Assembly: GCA_020631855.1 (NCBI GenBank)
Contig: JACKGU010000001.1
Span: 295,601-359,600, forward strand
From: Candidatus Nomurabacteria bacterium
Lineage (GTDB): Bacteria; Patescibacteriota; WWE3; UBA101185; UBA10185
Length of the DNA: 64,000 nt
Reading direction: 5' to 3'
Shown in pieces: positions 22,165-30,459 of the stretch. Under the pieces are notes generated by a model. The model was not told the DNA's origin and made no database searches. It saw only the letters and a list, made by a program, of their open reading frames with translations. Position numbers and translations under genes: made by a program. Each line of letters opens with the position of its first letter. Position 1 is the stretch's first letter.

Positions 22165-22578
22165 AATTTATTCCTAAAATATAAATAACTACTAACCGGG
22201 GATTGAGAATAAAAAACCCCCTGGTTTTACCCAAGAGGCTCAATACTAATGTATTGAAGGTGCCAGCCTTCTTCATACTTATTAACAGCTATAACGGGCA
22301 TTCCCGACTTGGCATTTCCTCCAAGCAGCTCCGTGATTGGAAAATTCACATCAAAGCTTTTTTAGTTTTTTTATACAAACAAACTCAATTATTTGTTAGT
22401 CTGTGTTCGTAAATATAACAATTAAGTGGTCGAGATTCAACCAGTAAATACTTTTTTTAGCAACGATTGATTGCTTTACAGGTCTGCAATCAACACTAAG
22501 AAATGATCCGGACGAAAAACCTGTTCAAACGGTAAGAGCTGGGGAAGAAGCGCAGAAACTTAAATGTTTAATCCCTAT

Positions 22579-24696
22579 CTATTTGGCTTGATTTTTGTAA
22601 ACATTGATCAAAAACTCTACATGTGCATCAAAACCCTCACCTAGTTGTTCAACACCATATAAAATCTCTTCACGATCAATTTTAGCCGCAAAAGCCCTAT
22701 CTTTAAATTTCTTCTTTACTGACGATACTTTCATGCCGTCGTAACCTTCGGGGCGCATCAATGCGTACGCATATAGAAATCCGGCCATCTCATCCACGGC
22801 AATAAGCGCAGAGGCCAGCCTGGTCTGAGGTTTTACATTGGTTCTCATGTGAGCATGAGCTGCAACTGCATGAATTAAACTCTCAGGATAGTTTCTCTCT
22901 TTAAACCATTCTAATGATTTTGCAGGATGCTCATCAGGGTATTCAAAATAATCAAGGTCATGTAATAAACCTGTGATATACCAGAGTTCGCGATCTTCAT
23001 TGAATTTTTCAGCATATGCTTCAAGACCGCGGGCGATCATAAGAGCATGCTGTATTTGATAGCTGTCCTTGACATGGTCCCGTAAAAGCGCCTCCGCCTC
23101 CTTTCTAGAAGGTAGAAATCCCTCGGAGCTAATGTATAAACTCTCGTTTAAATCAGTTTTACTTAGAGAGTCTTCTACTAGAGGATCGCTCTTGGATAAC
23201 CCGTAGATTTCAGCGTTTGCATCGTCGTAAACATGCTTCAATTGAGGAAATGGAACTCCTTCCCTTGCTGTAACATCCTCTAAAAACCAAAAAACTCTTT
23301 CTGAATGACCATAACCAAATGTCGGCGGCATGCCGTATTCAAGCATTTCAACATAATCAATATCGAGCCACTGCGCTTCCGAATCACCGGAATCTCTCAT
23401 TGACTGCTGTTCCGAAAATCGTTCAAACTGATCCAAGCCACTATTTATTTCCGACCAGCCATTTCCGAGTTCGGAGCCGGCAATAATTGGCTGGAAACGC
23501 TCTGTTATTCTGGTATCTTTTGGGTTCGCCTTTGCTAACGGCGACAAATACTTAGGGTGATTAATTAAAAAGGCAGGCCCCCCAATAGTTCTACGTATTT
23601 CTTTCCAAAGAGCGTCCACTAATCGTGGCCGATTCTCTGTCTCTGCCTTTATTCCGGCTTTTTCGCAAGCTAGCTTTAAATCTTCAATACTTGAATTGTG
23701 TACGTCTACTCCATATCTCTGCTTCATGATGTCAGAGAAATCAATCCTTTCCCACTCTTTTTTGGAGAAATCAACTTCAAAACCCCTAATACTGAACTTC
23801 TTCTTATCTCCGTAAAGAGATTCAATCACGTAATTAAAAAGGTCTTGAATAAAATCCATACCTGATTGCCAATCAGCGTAAGCCCAATAAACCTCCATCG
23901 CCATGTGTTCGGGAAGATGCTCGTCGGATAAACCCTCATTTCTGAATCTTGGGCCTATTTCATAAACTTTTTCATAGCCCCCTCCAATTAATCTTTTCAA
24001 AAAAAGTTCATGGGAAATTCTAAGATAAAGAGTCTCATCGATGGAGTCCATATGAGTCACAAAAGGATTCGCGTCTGCCCCTCCGGGCACTGCTTCTAAA
24101 ACAGGAATATTAATCTCATAGAAACCCCTTTTTTCAAAAAACTCGCGATGAGCAGCCCAAAACTTAGAACGTCTAATGTATCTATCACGAACATCATCAT
24201 TTATCCTTGTATCTAGATATCTTTTACGCATTCTGGTCTCTCTGTCTTTAAGCCCATCGTGCTTGTCGGGCAATGGTCTAAGGGATTTGGCCAATATTCT
24301 TATGCTGTGGGGCTCTATAGACTGCTCGCCGCTATTTGTTATTACTAAAGCTCCCTTGCACTCTATATAATCTCCAATATCTAATAAATCCAGCTCAGAG
24401 TAGGATATTTCACTATTTTTGTGTTCAACTTTTTCAAGATTTTGTTCCTTAATATATACCTGAATTGTGCCTGAAAAATCTTTTATATCAAAAAATGTCA
24501 GCTTTCCATGTCTTCTCAACGACATGATCCAACCGGCTAAAATTACTTCCTTTCCCCCAAGTTTGCCAAAGCTGCTTATAACTTCAGAGATTAGGTGGGT
24601 CCTAAAAGACGTTGCCGGATAAGGATCAACGCCTAGATCTTGAAGATTTTTAAGTTTTTGTAATCTTACATCCCTTAGCTCTTTTAAAGTGGCCAT
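22579..24696 (-). CDS. lysS: Lysyl-tRNA synthetase (class II) fused to a C-terminal HD-domain (YqeK-like) phosphohydrolase module
   Basis: Start taken at the 'MATLKELRDVRLQKL' Met (ATG 24694-24696; the ORF extends to 24762). Residues about 1-510 are LysRS (OB anticodon domain, class II motifs 'FRNEGLSDEHLPEHMAMEVY', 'GSELGNGWSEI'). Residues about 525-705 carry H...LLHDLDY...HAVAAHAH...D, the HD-superfamily metal-ligand order. Confidence 0.9.
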   Translation of the reverse strand: MATLKELRDVRLQKLKNLQDLGVDPYPATSFRTHLISEVISSFGKLGGKEVILAGWIMSLRRHGKLTFFDIKDFSGTIQVYIKEQNLEKVEHKNSEISYSELDLLDIGDYIECKGALVITNSGEQSIEPHSIRILAKSLRPLPDKHDGLKDRETRMRKRYLDTRINDDVRDRYIRRSKFWAAHREFFEKRGFYEINIPVLEAVPGGADANPFVTHMDSIDETLYLRISHELFLKRLIGGGYEKVYEIGPRFRNEGLSDEHLPEHMAMEVYWAYADWQSGMDFIQDLFNYVIESLYGDKKKFSIRGFEVDFSKKEWERIDFSDIMKQRYGVDVHNSSIEDLKLACEKAGIKAETENRPRLVDALWKEIRRTIGGPAFLINHPKYLSPLAKANPKDTRITERFQPIIAGSELGNGWSEINSGLDQFERFSEQQSMRDSGDSEAQWLDIDYVEMLEYGMPPTFGYGHSERVFWFLEDVTAREGVPFPQLKHVYDDANAEIYGLSKSDPLVEDSLSKTDLNESLYISSEGFLPSRKEAEALLRDHVKDSYQIQHALMIARGLEAYAEKFNEDRELWYITGLLHDLDYFEYPDEHPAKSLEWFKERNYPESLIHAVAAHAHMRTNVKPQTRLASALIAVDEMAGFLYAYALMRPEGYDGMKVSSVKKKFKDRAFAAKIDREEILYGVEQLGEGFDAHVEFLINVYKNQAK

Positions 24697-24907
24697 TATT
24701 TTATTTCCTAAACTGAATACGTACTTCGCAATTATAACAGAAAAGGGGCAGGTACAAAGCACCCAAAAATAGTGCTAAAACATTTTTACGGCCTAAATTT
24801 TTTTATTTGCTTTTATATTGCTAACCCGAACAAAATTCTTTTAGTACATGGCCTAACCTGCTTATACTAGCCACAAACAACAAAGAACTGTAAAATATCT
24901 GCAGAGT

Positions 24908-25873
24908 ATGAAAAAAATAACTGAAGCTACGATCGCTCAAGGCACTAGGGTTTTTGTGAGTACAGATATAGATGTACCTATAGATAATGGGCATATTAGA
25001 AATACTTTTAGACTCGACCGTGGCTTAGAAACTCTTAAGTACATAGTAGATAAAGGAGCAATCCCAGTAATTGGGGGCCATATAAAAAATCCTCAAGGAA
25101 AATACGATCCCCAGCTTAGTACAGCACCTCTTAAAAAGTATTATAATGAAAAATTAGGGGAGGGTTCTTACGAACTATTAGAAAATCTGCGTTTTGACAT
25201 TAGAGAAGATCAGAATGAGGATACCTACGCACAGGAACTGGCAAATAAAACAGAGGTCTTTGTAAACGAGAATTTTGCAACCTCACATCGAACAAATGCT
25301 TCTTTAGTTGCTATTACTAAATACTTACCTTCATTCGCGGGACTTAATTTGAGCAGAGAAATCGAAGCTTTGGATAAAATACTTATCGACTACAAAAAGC
25401 CTTTTACTGCAGTTATTGGCGGAGCGAAAGTTGAAAGCAAGGCACCTGTTATTGATTCGCTTTGCAACATAGCTGACAATATCCTGCTTGGTGGGAAAAT
25501 AGGCTTAAACTATTCTACGGATAATGCTAGGGTGAGCTCTCCGGCCGACTACGCAGACGGTAATCAAGATATCGGCCCGAAAACAATCCTAAACTATACA
25601 GGATACATACTGTCAGCCCAAACACTTTTATGGGCCGGGCCTATGGGAGCTTATGAAAAAGACGAATTCTGTATTGGTACAAATCTAATCGCAGATGCGA
25701 TAGTGGAAGCAACAAAAGGCGGCGCTTATAGCATAATAGGAGGCGGAGATACGATTACAGCTTATAGCAAGAACCACGCATTGGGAGAAGTAAGTTTTGT
25801 TTCAACAGGAGGAGGGGCCATGCTGACATATCTGGCGCATAAGAATATGCCCGGCATTGAGGCTTTAGGATAA
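24908..25873 (+). CDS. pgk: Phosphoglycerate kinase (compact, 321 aa)
   Basis: 'RVFVSTDIDVPIDNGHIRNTFRLDRG', 'LENLRFDIRE', 'VIGGAKVESKAPVIDSL', 'GGGDT...STGGGAML' PGK blocks. About 70 aa shorter than typical PGK. Confidence 0.9.
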   Translation: MKKITEATIAQGTRVFVSTDIDVPIDNGHIRNTFRLDRGLETLKYIVDKGAIPVIGGHIKNPQGKYDPQLSTAPLKKYYNEKLGEGSYELLENLRFDIREDQNEDTYAQELANKTEVFVNENFATSHRTNASLVAITKYLPSFAGLNLSREIEALDKILIDYKKPFTAVIGGAKVESKAPVIDSLCNIADNILLGGKIGLNYSTDNARVSSPADYADGNQDIGPKTILNYTGYILSAQTLLWAGPMGAYEKDEFCIGTNLIADAIVEATKGGAYSIIGGGDTITAYSKNHALGEVSFVSTGGGAMLTYLAHKNMPGIEALG

Positions 25874-25876
25874 ATT

Positions 25877-26179
25877 ATGGCAAAAAGTTTAAAAGTTCAG
25901 TTTCCGGAACGTTGCATAGGCTGCGAACTGTGCATCATGGAAATACAAAGACAGCTTAAAAAACACGGCCTCGAAGGTTCTCTGATTAGAGTTTTTAAAA
26001 GTGCCAAAGAAGGAAAAGAAATATGCGAGACTCTGGAATACTCAATAGATCTAGACCCGAGCATAAATTCATACGACATTGAACAAATTAGGAAAATTTG
26101 CCCAAAAAGTGTTTTTGTTGTGGCCGACATGACAGAAGAAGAGAACTACGAAGACGCTCTGCTGGAACAGAAAGATTAA
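25877..26179 (+). CDS. Small ferredoxin-like Cys-cluster protein
   Basis: 100 aa; 'CIGCELC' (C-x2-C-x2-C) plus a distal 'ICP' Cys-Pro could ligate one [4Fe-4S]. Starts 4 nt after the pgk stop. Confidence 0.5.
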   Translation: MAKSLKVQFPERCIGCELCIMEIQRQLKKHGLEGSLIRVFKSAKEGKEICETLEYSIDLDPSINSYDIEQIRKICPKSVFVVADMTEEENYEDALLEQKD

Positions 26180-26181
26180 AT

Positions 26182-27015
26182 ATGCATAAATCAGTCTTAT
26201 TTGTTAATTTAAAAAATAAAACATACGAGGTTAAAAAATTTGACGAACTCGCAAAATACATAGGAGGAGTTGCTGTTGGATTTAAACTTCTTCTTGATAA
26301 TATAGAGCACGATCCAATTATATTTTCTATCGGACCTTTGAACGGCGTGTTTCCTTTCGCATCAAAAACTTCTATCGTTCTGCATAACAATGGCGTAGTC
26401 GAAGACTTATATATCGGGGGTTCCCTAAGCTCCAGAATGGCCTTTTCCGGGGTTGACTCCATAGTATTTATAGAATCCGCAGAAGAGCCCACATACGTTG
26501 AAATAACGAATGAGGAAGTGTTCTTTAAACCAATAACAACTGATATAGATTCTTTAGGATTACCGGGGAAAAGATCAGTTTTAAAACCAATTAAAAATAA
26601 ATACTTTTTAGATGATTATTTTTTAACTCCGGAGTTATTTTTTGAAGAAAAGCTTGCAAAGAAAAATGTAGGAGGAATAGTGTTAACAGGAACAAAAACA
26701 CGTGAAATAAAAAATCCTGAAAAATATAAGGAACTTTTACACGAAATATTAGGTAAAAAGTCTTTAATGGAAATAGATGAGGGAGATAGCCCCTCTTGCA
26801 CATTTTGTCCAATGGGGTGCTCAAAGTCTCGTACCGGAGAAATTGGAGGAAACATATTGGTACACAGCATGGTGGGATGCAAGCTTAGCCAAAAAATATA
26901 CAGCGACGTGGGAACAATTTTTTCTTGCTTGAGTGTGTTGGGCTATTCCTACACACACGAAGATATTGAAGACCTGCCTCTTCTGGTAAAAGAGGTACTG
27001 GAAAAATTAAATTAA
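26182..27015 (+). CDS. Truncated aldehyde:ferredoxin oxidoreductase (AOR) N-domain-like Fe-S protein
   Basis: 278 aa (start taken at 26182, not the upstream out-of-context ATG at 26098). 'VLFVNLKNKTYEVKKFDEL...GGVAVGFKLLLD...PIIFSIGPLNGVFPFASKTSIV...DLYIGGSLSSRMAFSGVDSIVFIESAEEPTYVEI' parallels the AOR N-domain ('IRVNLSTG.I...LGGRGL...LL..E....DPL.P.N.L..A.GPLTGT.AP...R..V..KSPLTG......GG..G.ELK.AG.D.IVV.G.AEKPVY'). 'CTFCPMGC' matches the AOR C-x2-C-x3-C cluster motif. There is no pterin-binding C-terminal half. Stop overlaps the tpiA start (TAATG). Confidence 0.55.
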   Translation: MHKSVLFVNLKNKTYEVKKFDELAKYIGGVAVGFKLLLDNIEHDPIIFSIGPLNGVFPFASKTSIVLHNNGVVEDLYIGGSLSSRMAFSGVDSIVFIESAEEPTYVEITNEEVFFKPITTDIDSLGLPGKRSVLKPIKNKYFLDDYFLTPELFFEEKLAKKNVGGIVLTGTKTREIKNPEKYKELLHEILGKKSLMEIDEGDSPSCTFCPMGCSKSRTGEIGGNILVHSMVGCKLSQKIYSDVGTIFSCLSVLGYSYTHEDIEDLPLLVKEVLEKLN

Positions 27016-27671
27016 TGAAATATTTAGTAGCAAACTGGAAATCTAATATGACAGTCTCCGAGGTTATTGTCTGGCTAAAAGCTTGGGATAAACTAATAAA
27101 AAGCGCAGAGAGTAATGATGCGGTAAGAGTTTTAGTAGCCCCTTGTTTTATACATCTTCCATTATTTACCGGTCTGGAAAATATTTATTCTTGCGGGCAG
27201 GATGTCTCGGAGAACAGCGTAGGGCCTTATACCGGATACGTGAATGCTACACAGCTAAGGGAATTCGCTGATTACAGCATAGTCGGGCACAGCGAAAGAA
27301 ATGAAGACTCTGAAACAGTTGTCAAAAAGATTAATCAGTGTAGAAATAACGGAATTGAGGCCATTGCTTGTTTCACTCACACTGAAAATGCAACAGAGTA
27401 TTCAAAATTCACAAAGATCTTAGCTTGGGAGGACCCTGAAAATATATCAAAACAAGGAAAGTATGCAGAATTAAGGTATGGTGAAATAAATCACTCTATT
27501 GAAAAAATTTACTCTAATATTGAACCCGATACTGTGTTATTATACGGAGGCTCTGTTAACTCGAATAATATTAGCGAATTAACTAGAATTAAGAGTATAT
27601 CGGGGTTTTTAGTAGGAAACGCAAGTCTGGACGTGGCTCACTTTTATAAGCTATACTGCTCCATGATCTAG
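27015..27671 (+). CDS. tpiA: Triosephosphate isomerase (compact, 218 aa)
   Basis: 'VANWKSN', 'GHSERN', 'YGGSVN', 'GFLVGNASL' TIM motifs. Confidence 0.9.
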   Translation: MKYLVANWKSNMTVSEVIVWLKAWDKLIKSAESNDAVRVLVAPCFIHLPLFTGLENIYSCGQDVSENSVGPYTGYVNATQLREFADYSIVGHSERNEDSETVVKKINQCRNNGIEAIACFTHTENATEYSKFTKILAWEDPENISKQGKYAELRYGEINHSIEKIYSNIEPDTVLLYGGSVNSNNISELTRIKSISGFLVGNASLDVAHFYKLYCSMI

Positions 27672-27750
27672 TACAATAAAGTGTAAGAAGTTAAAATTAA
27701 CTTTCTAAAGAAGTCTTTTTAATAGTAGAGAGCTAAGAGAAAAATTTAAA

Positions 27751-28815
27751 ATGAAATACATTGATGCGCATAAAAAAATAAATACAATTACTAAACCTGT
27801 AGCTAAAAAAAACTCAAAAGGAAGCTTCAAGGGTATTGCTACACTGGCACTTATACTTCTAATCTTCGTTGCCGTCGGGGGAACAGTTTTACTTTTTAAA
27901 AGCAAGCTGAACCCCGTTTCAATTGTTGCAAGCGCAACAAAGGCAAATATCAAAGAAACTGACGGGAGAACAAACATTCTAGTTCTCGGAAGCGACAAGA
28001 GAGATAACGGCAATGCTGTCACGTCAGTATTGACCGACACCATACTGCTAGTCTCAATAGGAAGGGTCGAGCACGACGTACTACTACTTTCCATGCCCAG
28101 AGATCTGTATGTTGAAAATTCAAAGGGATACAGTACAAAAATTAACGCTGTGTATACTTTAGAGGGGCCGGAGGAACTCCAGTCTGTAGTTGAAGACGTT
28201 CTTGGTGTTCCAATTCATTACTATGCCGTAGTTGACTTTAATTTGTTTGTAAATGCCATAAACGTACTTGGCGGCATTGATGTTAATGTTCAAAATGCGT
28301 TCACAGACTACCAGTATCCTATTGAGGGTAAGGAGAACGCGCCTATTGAGGAAAGATACGAAACAATATCTTTTGCGGCCGGAAAACAACACATGGACGG
28401 AGAGACAGCATTGAAATTCGCGAGATCAAGAAAAGGCGACAATAACGAAGGTACTGATTTCGCAAGAGCAGCAAGACAACAGTTGGTGATTGAGGCAATT
28501 AAGGAAAAGGCCCTATCCTTAAAAACAGTTACAAACGCTTCAAAGATTAAAGAGTTATACGACCTATACGCAGAAGGAATAGATACAAACCTGGGGTTTG
28601 CTGACGTCCAGGGCTTCTACCTATTGTCACAACAAATCAACTTTGACAGCATCAGATCTATTGTTCTCGACGACAGGAGCGAGGCAGATAAAGGTGGTCT
28701 ACTTTATGCTCCAATCGATACGGCCCTTTACGGCAATCAATATGTTCTCATTCCGCAGTCCGGAGACTATAGCCAAATACATGCATATGTTCAAAGATAT
28801 CTCTTTGGAGAATAA
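27751..28815 (+). CDS. LytR-CpsA-Psr (LCP) family cell-wall glycopolymer ligase
   Basis: 354 aa; N-terminal TM then 'TNILVLGSDKRDNGN...TDTILLVSI...LLLSMPRDLYV...INAVY...VPIHYYAVVDF', the LCP domain signature. Confidence 0.85.
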   Translation: MKYIDAHKKINTITKPVAKKNSKGSFKGIATLALILLIFVAVGGTVLLFKSKLNPVSIVASATKANIKETDGRTNILVLGSDKRDNGNAVTSVLTDTILLVSIGRVEHDVLLLSMPRDLYVENSKGYSTKINAVYTLEGPEELQSVVEDVLGVPIHYYAVVDFNLFVNAINVLGGIDVNVQNAFTDYQYPIEGKENAPIEERYETISFAAGKQHMDGETALKFARSRKGDNNEGTDFARAARQQLVIEAIKEKALSLKTVTNASKIKELYDLYAEGIDTNLGFADVQGFYLLSQQINFDSIRSIVLDDRSEADKGGLLYAPIDTALYGNQYVLIPQSGDYSQIHAYVQRYLFGE

Positions 28816-28817
28816 AA

Positions 28818-29456
28818 ATGATCGTTTTAGTTCACGGTAATAACTCTGTAAACAAAGCCGATGTAGTTTTTAAACTTAGTGAAAAAATCTCAACCCCAAG
28901 AAAATATCTTTCAATTGACGAGAATTCACCAACAGATGTTCTAACTGCAACAGCGACTAATAATATGTTTACCGGTGCACCAATTGTAATTCTGGATCTG
29001 GGTTCAAATACAAAAAGCGATGCAAAGAGTTTCCTAGATATTTTCCCGCGAGTACCTGCAAAAAGTTTGCTAATTTTATTGGCACAAAAAGAACTTCCTA
29101 AGTCAAATCAATTCCTTCAGCACGCACAGCAACAAGGCTATAAAATAATACTTAGCAACACTACTCCCACAGCAAACATTTTTTCTTTTGTCAGCTCCCT
29201 ATACTCAAAAAATAGAAAGAAAACATATAGAGAATACGAGACTTTAATAGCAGAAGGTGCTGATCCTTTTTACATTCTTTCTATGGTAATGTTCGGCGCG
29301 AGAAAGCAAGCAAAAGCTGTGAATGGGGATAAAATAGATGAAAAAACACTATCTTTATATAAATATATCTTCGAGACCGACCTAAAAACAAAAACCGGCA
29401 AAATTCCTGTTGACGTTGCTCTTCCTTTGATCATAGAAAAAGTGCTAACATCTTAG
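28818..29456 (+). CDS. Hypothetical protein (weak resemblance to the DNA pol III delta-subunit N-terminal fold)
   Basis: 212 aa, starts 3 nt after the LCP stop and ends 4 nt before the sortase gene, implying an LCP-X-sortase operon. No diagnostic motif. Confidence 0.3.
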   Translation: MIVLVHGNNSVNKADVVFKLSEKISTPRKYLSIDENSPTDVLTATATNNMFTGAPIVILDLGSNTKSDAKSFLDIFPRVPAKSLLILLAQKELPKSNQFLQHAQQQGYKIILSNTTPTANIFSFVSSLYSKNRKKTYREYETLIAEGADPFYILSMVMFGARKQAKAVNGDKIDEKTLSLYKYIFETDLKTKTGKIPVDVALPLIIEKVLTS

Positions 29457-29459
29457 TGC

Positions 29460-30215
29460 ATGGGAAAATTTAAAAAGAAGGTTTACCACAAAAAATATAC
29501 TAATGATCAGATCTATAACAACGTAAATCTGGGATTTACCTTAAAAAGCTCTGCGGTCCCACTTGTACTTACAGTTACGGCATGCGCCATATTTGCAACC
29601 CAAGTACTTTACCCGCTTATAAATTTTACGACCCAAGATCTTACGTCCGTCGCCGCTCAACACACAGCTTTAGCAAAAATATCAGGTTTTCGCGAGTTTC
29701 AATACTCAGAGTTACAAAGAAATGTACTAGGCTCAACAAATAATAGCGAACAGGTACAGGAGAAGTTTTATATTTCGATTCCAAAACTTAATATTGAAAA
29801 CGCTGAGGTAGAGACAAACTCTTCGAACCTAAATCCTGAAACCGCTCTTGGCCATTATCTGGGCTCAGCCTTACCGGGGCAAAATGGCACAGCGTTTGTG
29901 TACGGACACTCTGTGCTGCCTTTCTTTTACAACCCAAAAAACTATAAAACTATATTTTCAACCCTGGGAGATCTAGAAAAAGGAGATTTGATATATGTCA
30001 TATACGGCAATAGATCTTATACATACGAGGTAGAAGGGCAGAGAGAGCTTAAACCGGAAGAGGTTAATCCTATTGAGAACATAAAACCTGAATATCTACG
30101 AAAATCGTCCTTAGTTCTTATGACCTGCTCACCGCCGGGAACAAAGCTTAAAAGGCTACTTATAGACTCTGTTCTAATAAACACATCGATAATACAACAG
30201 AATTCAATAGAATAG
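29460..30215 (+). CDS. Sortase-family transpeptidase
   Basis: 251 aa; N-terminal TM; His 'FVYGHSVLPFF', catalytic Cys in 'LVLMTCSPPGT' (TLxTC-like), Arg in 'KLKRLLIDSV'. Confidence 0.8.
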   Translation: MGKFKKKVYHKKYTNDQIYNNVNLGFTLKSSAVPLVLTVTACAIFATQVLYPLINFTTQDLTSVAAQHTALAKISGFREFQYSELQRNVLGSTNNSEQVQEKFYISIPKLNIENAEVETNSSNLNPETALGHYLGSALPGQNGTAFVYGHSVLPFFYNPKNYKTIFSTLGDLEKGDLIYVIYGNRSYTYEVEGQRELKPEEVNPIENIKPEYLRKSSLVLMTCSPPGTKLKRLLIDSVLINTSIIQQNSIE

Positions 30216-30263
30216 TGTTATTTACTGACAATAGCAGATTTAATGAGCCAGGTCTTAAAATCA

Positions 30264-30380
30264 TCCGCCACCAGCTTACGCGGGTGGTTTGCTGTAATTT
30301 CTTTGCGTTGCAAACCCAACATGTTGGGTAAACTATACCTACTAGCTTAAGCAAGTAGTTTTAAGTAATGAGATTATAAA
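30264..30380 (+). repeat. Copy B of the ~115-nt structured repeat family
   Basis: CCGCCACCAGCTTACGCGGGTGGTTTGCTGTAATTTCTTTGCGTTGCAAACCCAACATGTTGGGTAAACTATACCTACTAGCTTAAGCAAGTAGTTTTAAGTAATGAGATTATA. Sits in the convergent spacer between the sortase gene and the putative substrate gene. Confidence 0.85.
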
Positions 30381-30391
30381 CAAGAATACAG

Positions 30392-30412
30392 AAATACGCC
30401 TCATGGGCGTAT
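30392..30412. terminator. 8-bp hairpin AATACGCC-ucaug-GGCGTATT in a convergent intergenic region (possible bidirectional terminator)
   Basis: Perfect inverted repeat between the 3' ends of the sortase gene (+) and the ORF 30460-31074 (-). No strong U-tract on either side. Confidence 0.35.
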
Positions 30413-30459
30413 TCCTAAAATGTTCTATAATTATAGTGCTCTGGGCTCAACGCAGATAC

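Noticed and set aside
22203-22412. 69-aa plus-strand ORF inside the serS leader
   Set aside because: Low-complexity product on the non-coding strand of the leader, with no RBS. The region is more plausibly untranslated regulatory RNA.
26098-26181. Upstream start at 26098 for the AOR-N-like ORF (MPKKCFCCGRHDRRRELRRR...)
   Set aside because: This stretch lies inside the ferredoxin-like gene in another frame, and its Cys/Arg-rich translation looks like out-of-frame noise. The ATG at 26182, 2 nt after the upstream stop, gives a coupled start and begins the AOR-like alignment.
27705-28094. Minus-strand 129-aa ORF overlapping the start of the LCP gene
   Set aside because: It is a hydrophobic shadow ORF antisense to a well-supported LCP-family gene, with no motifs.
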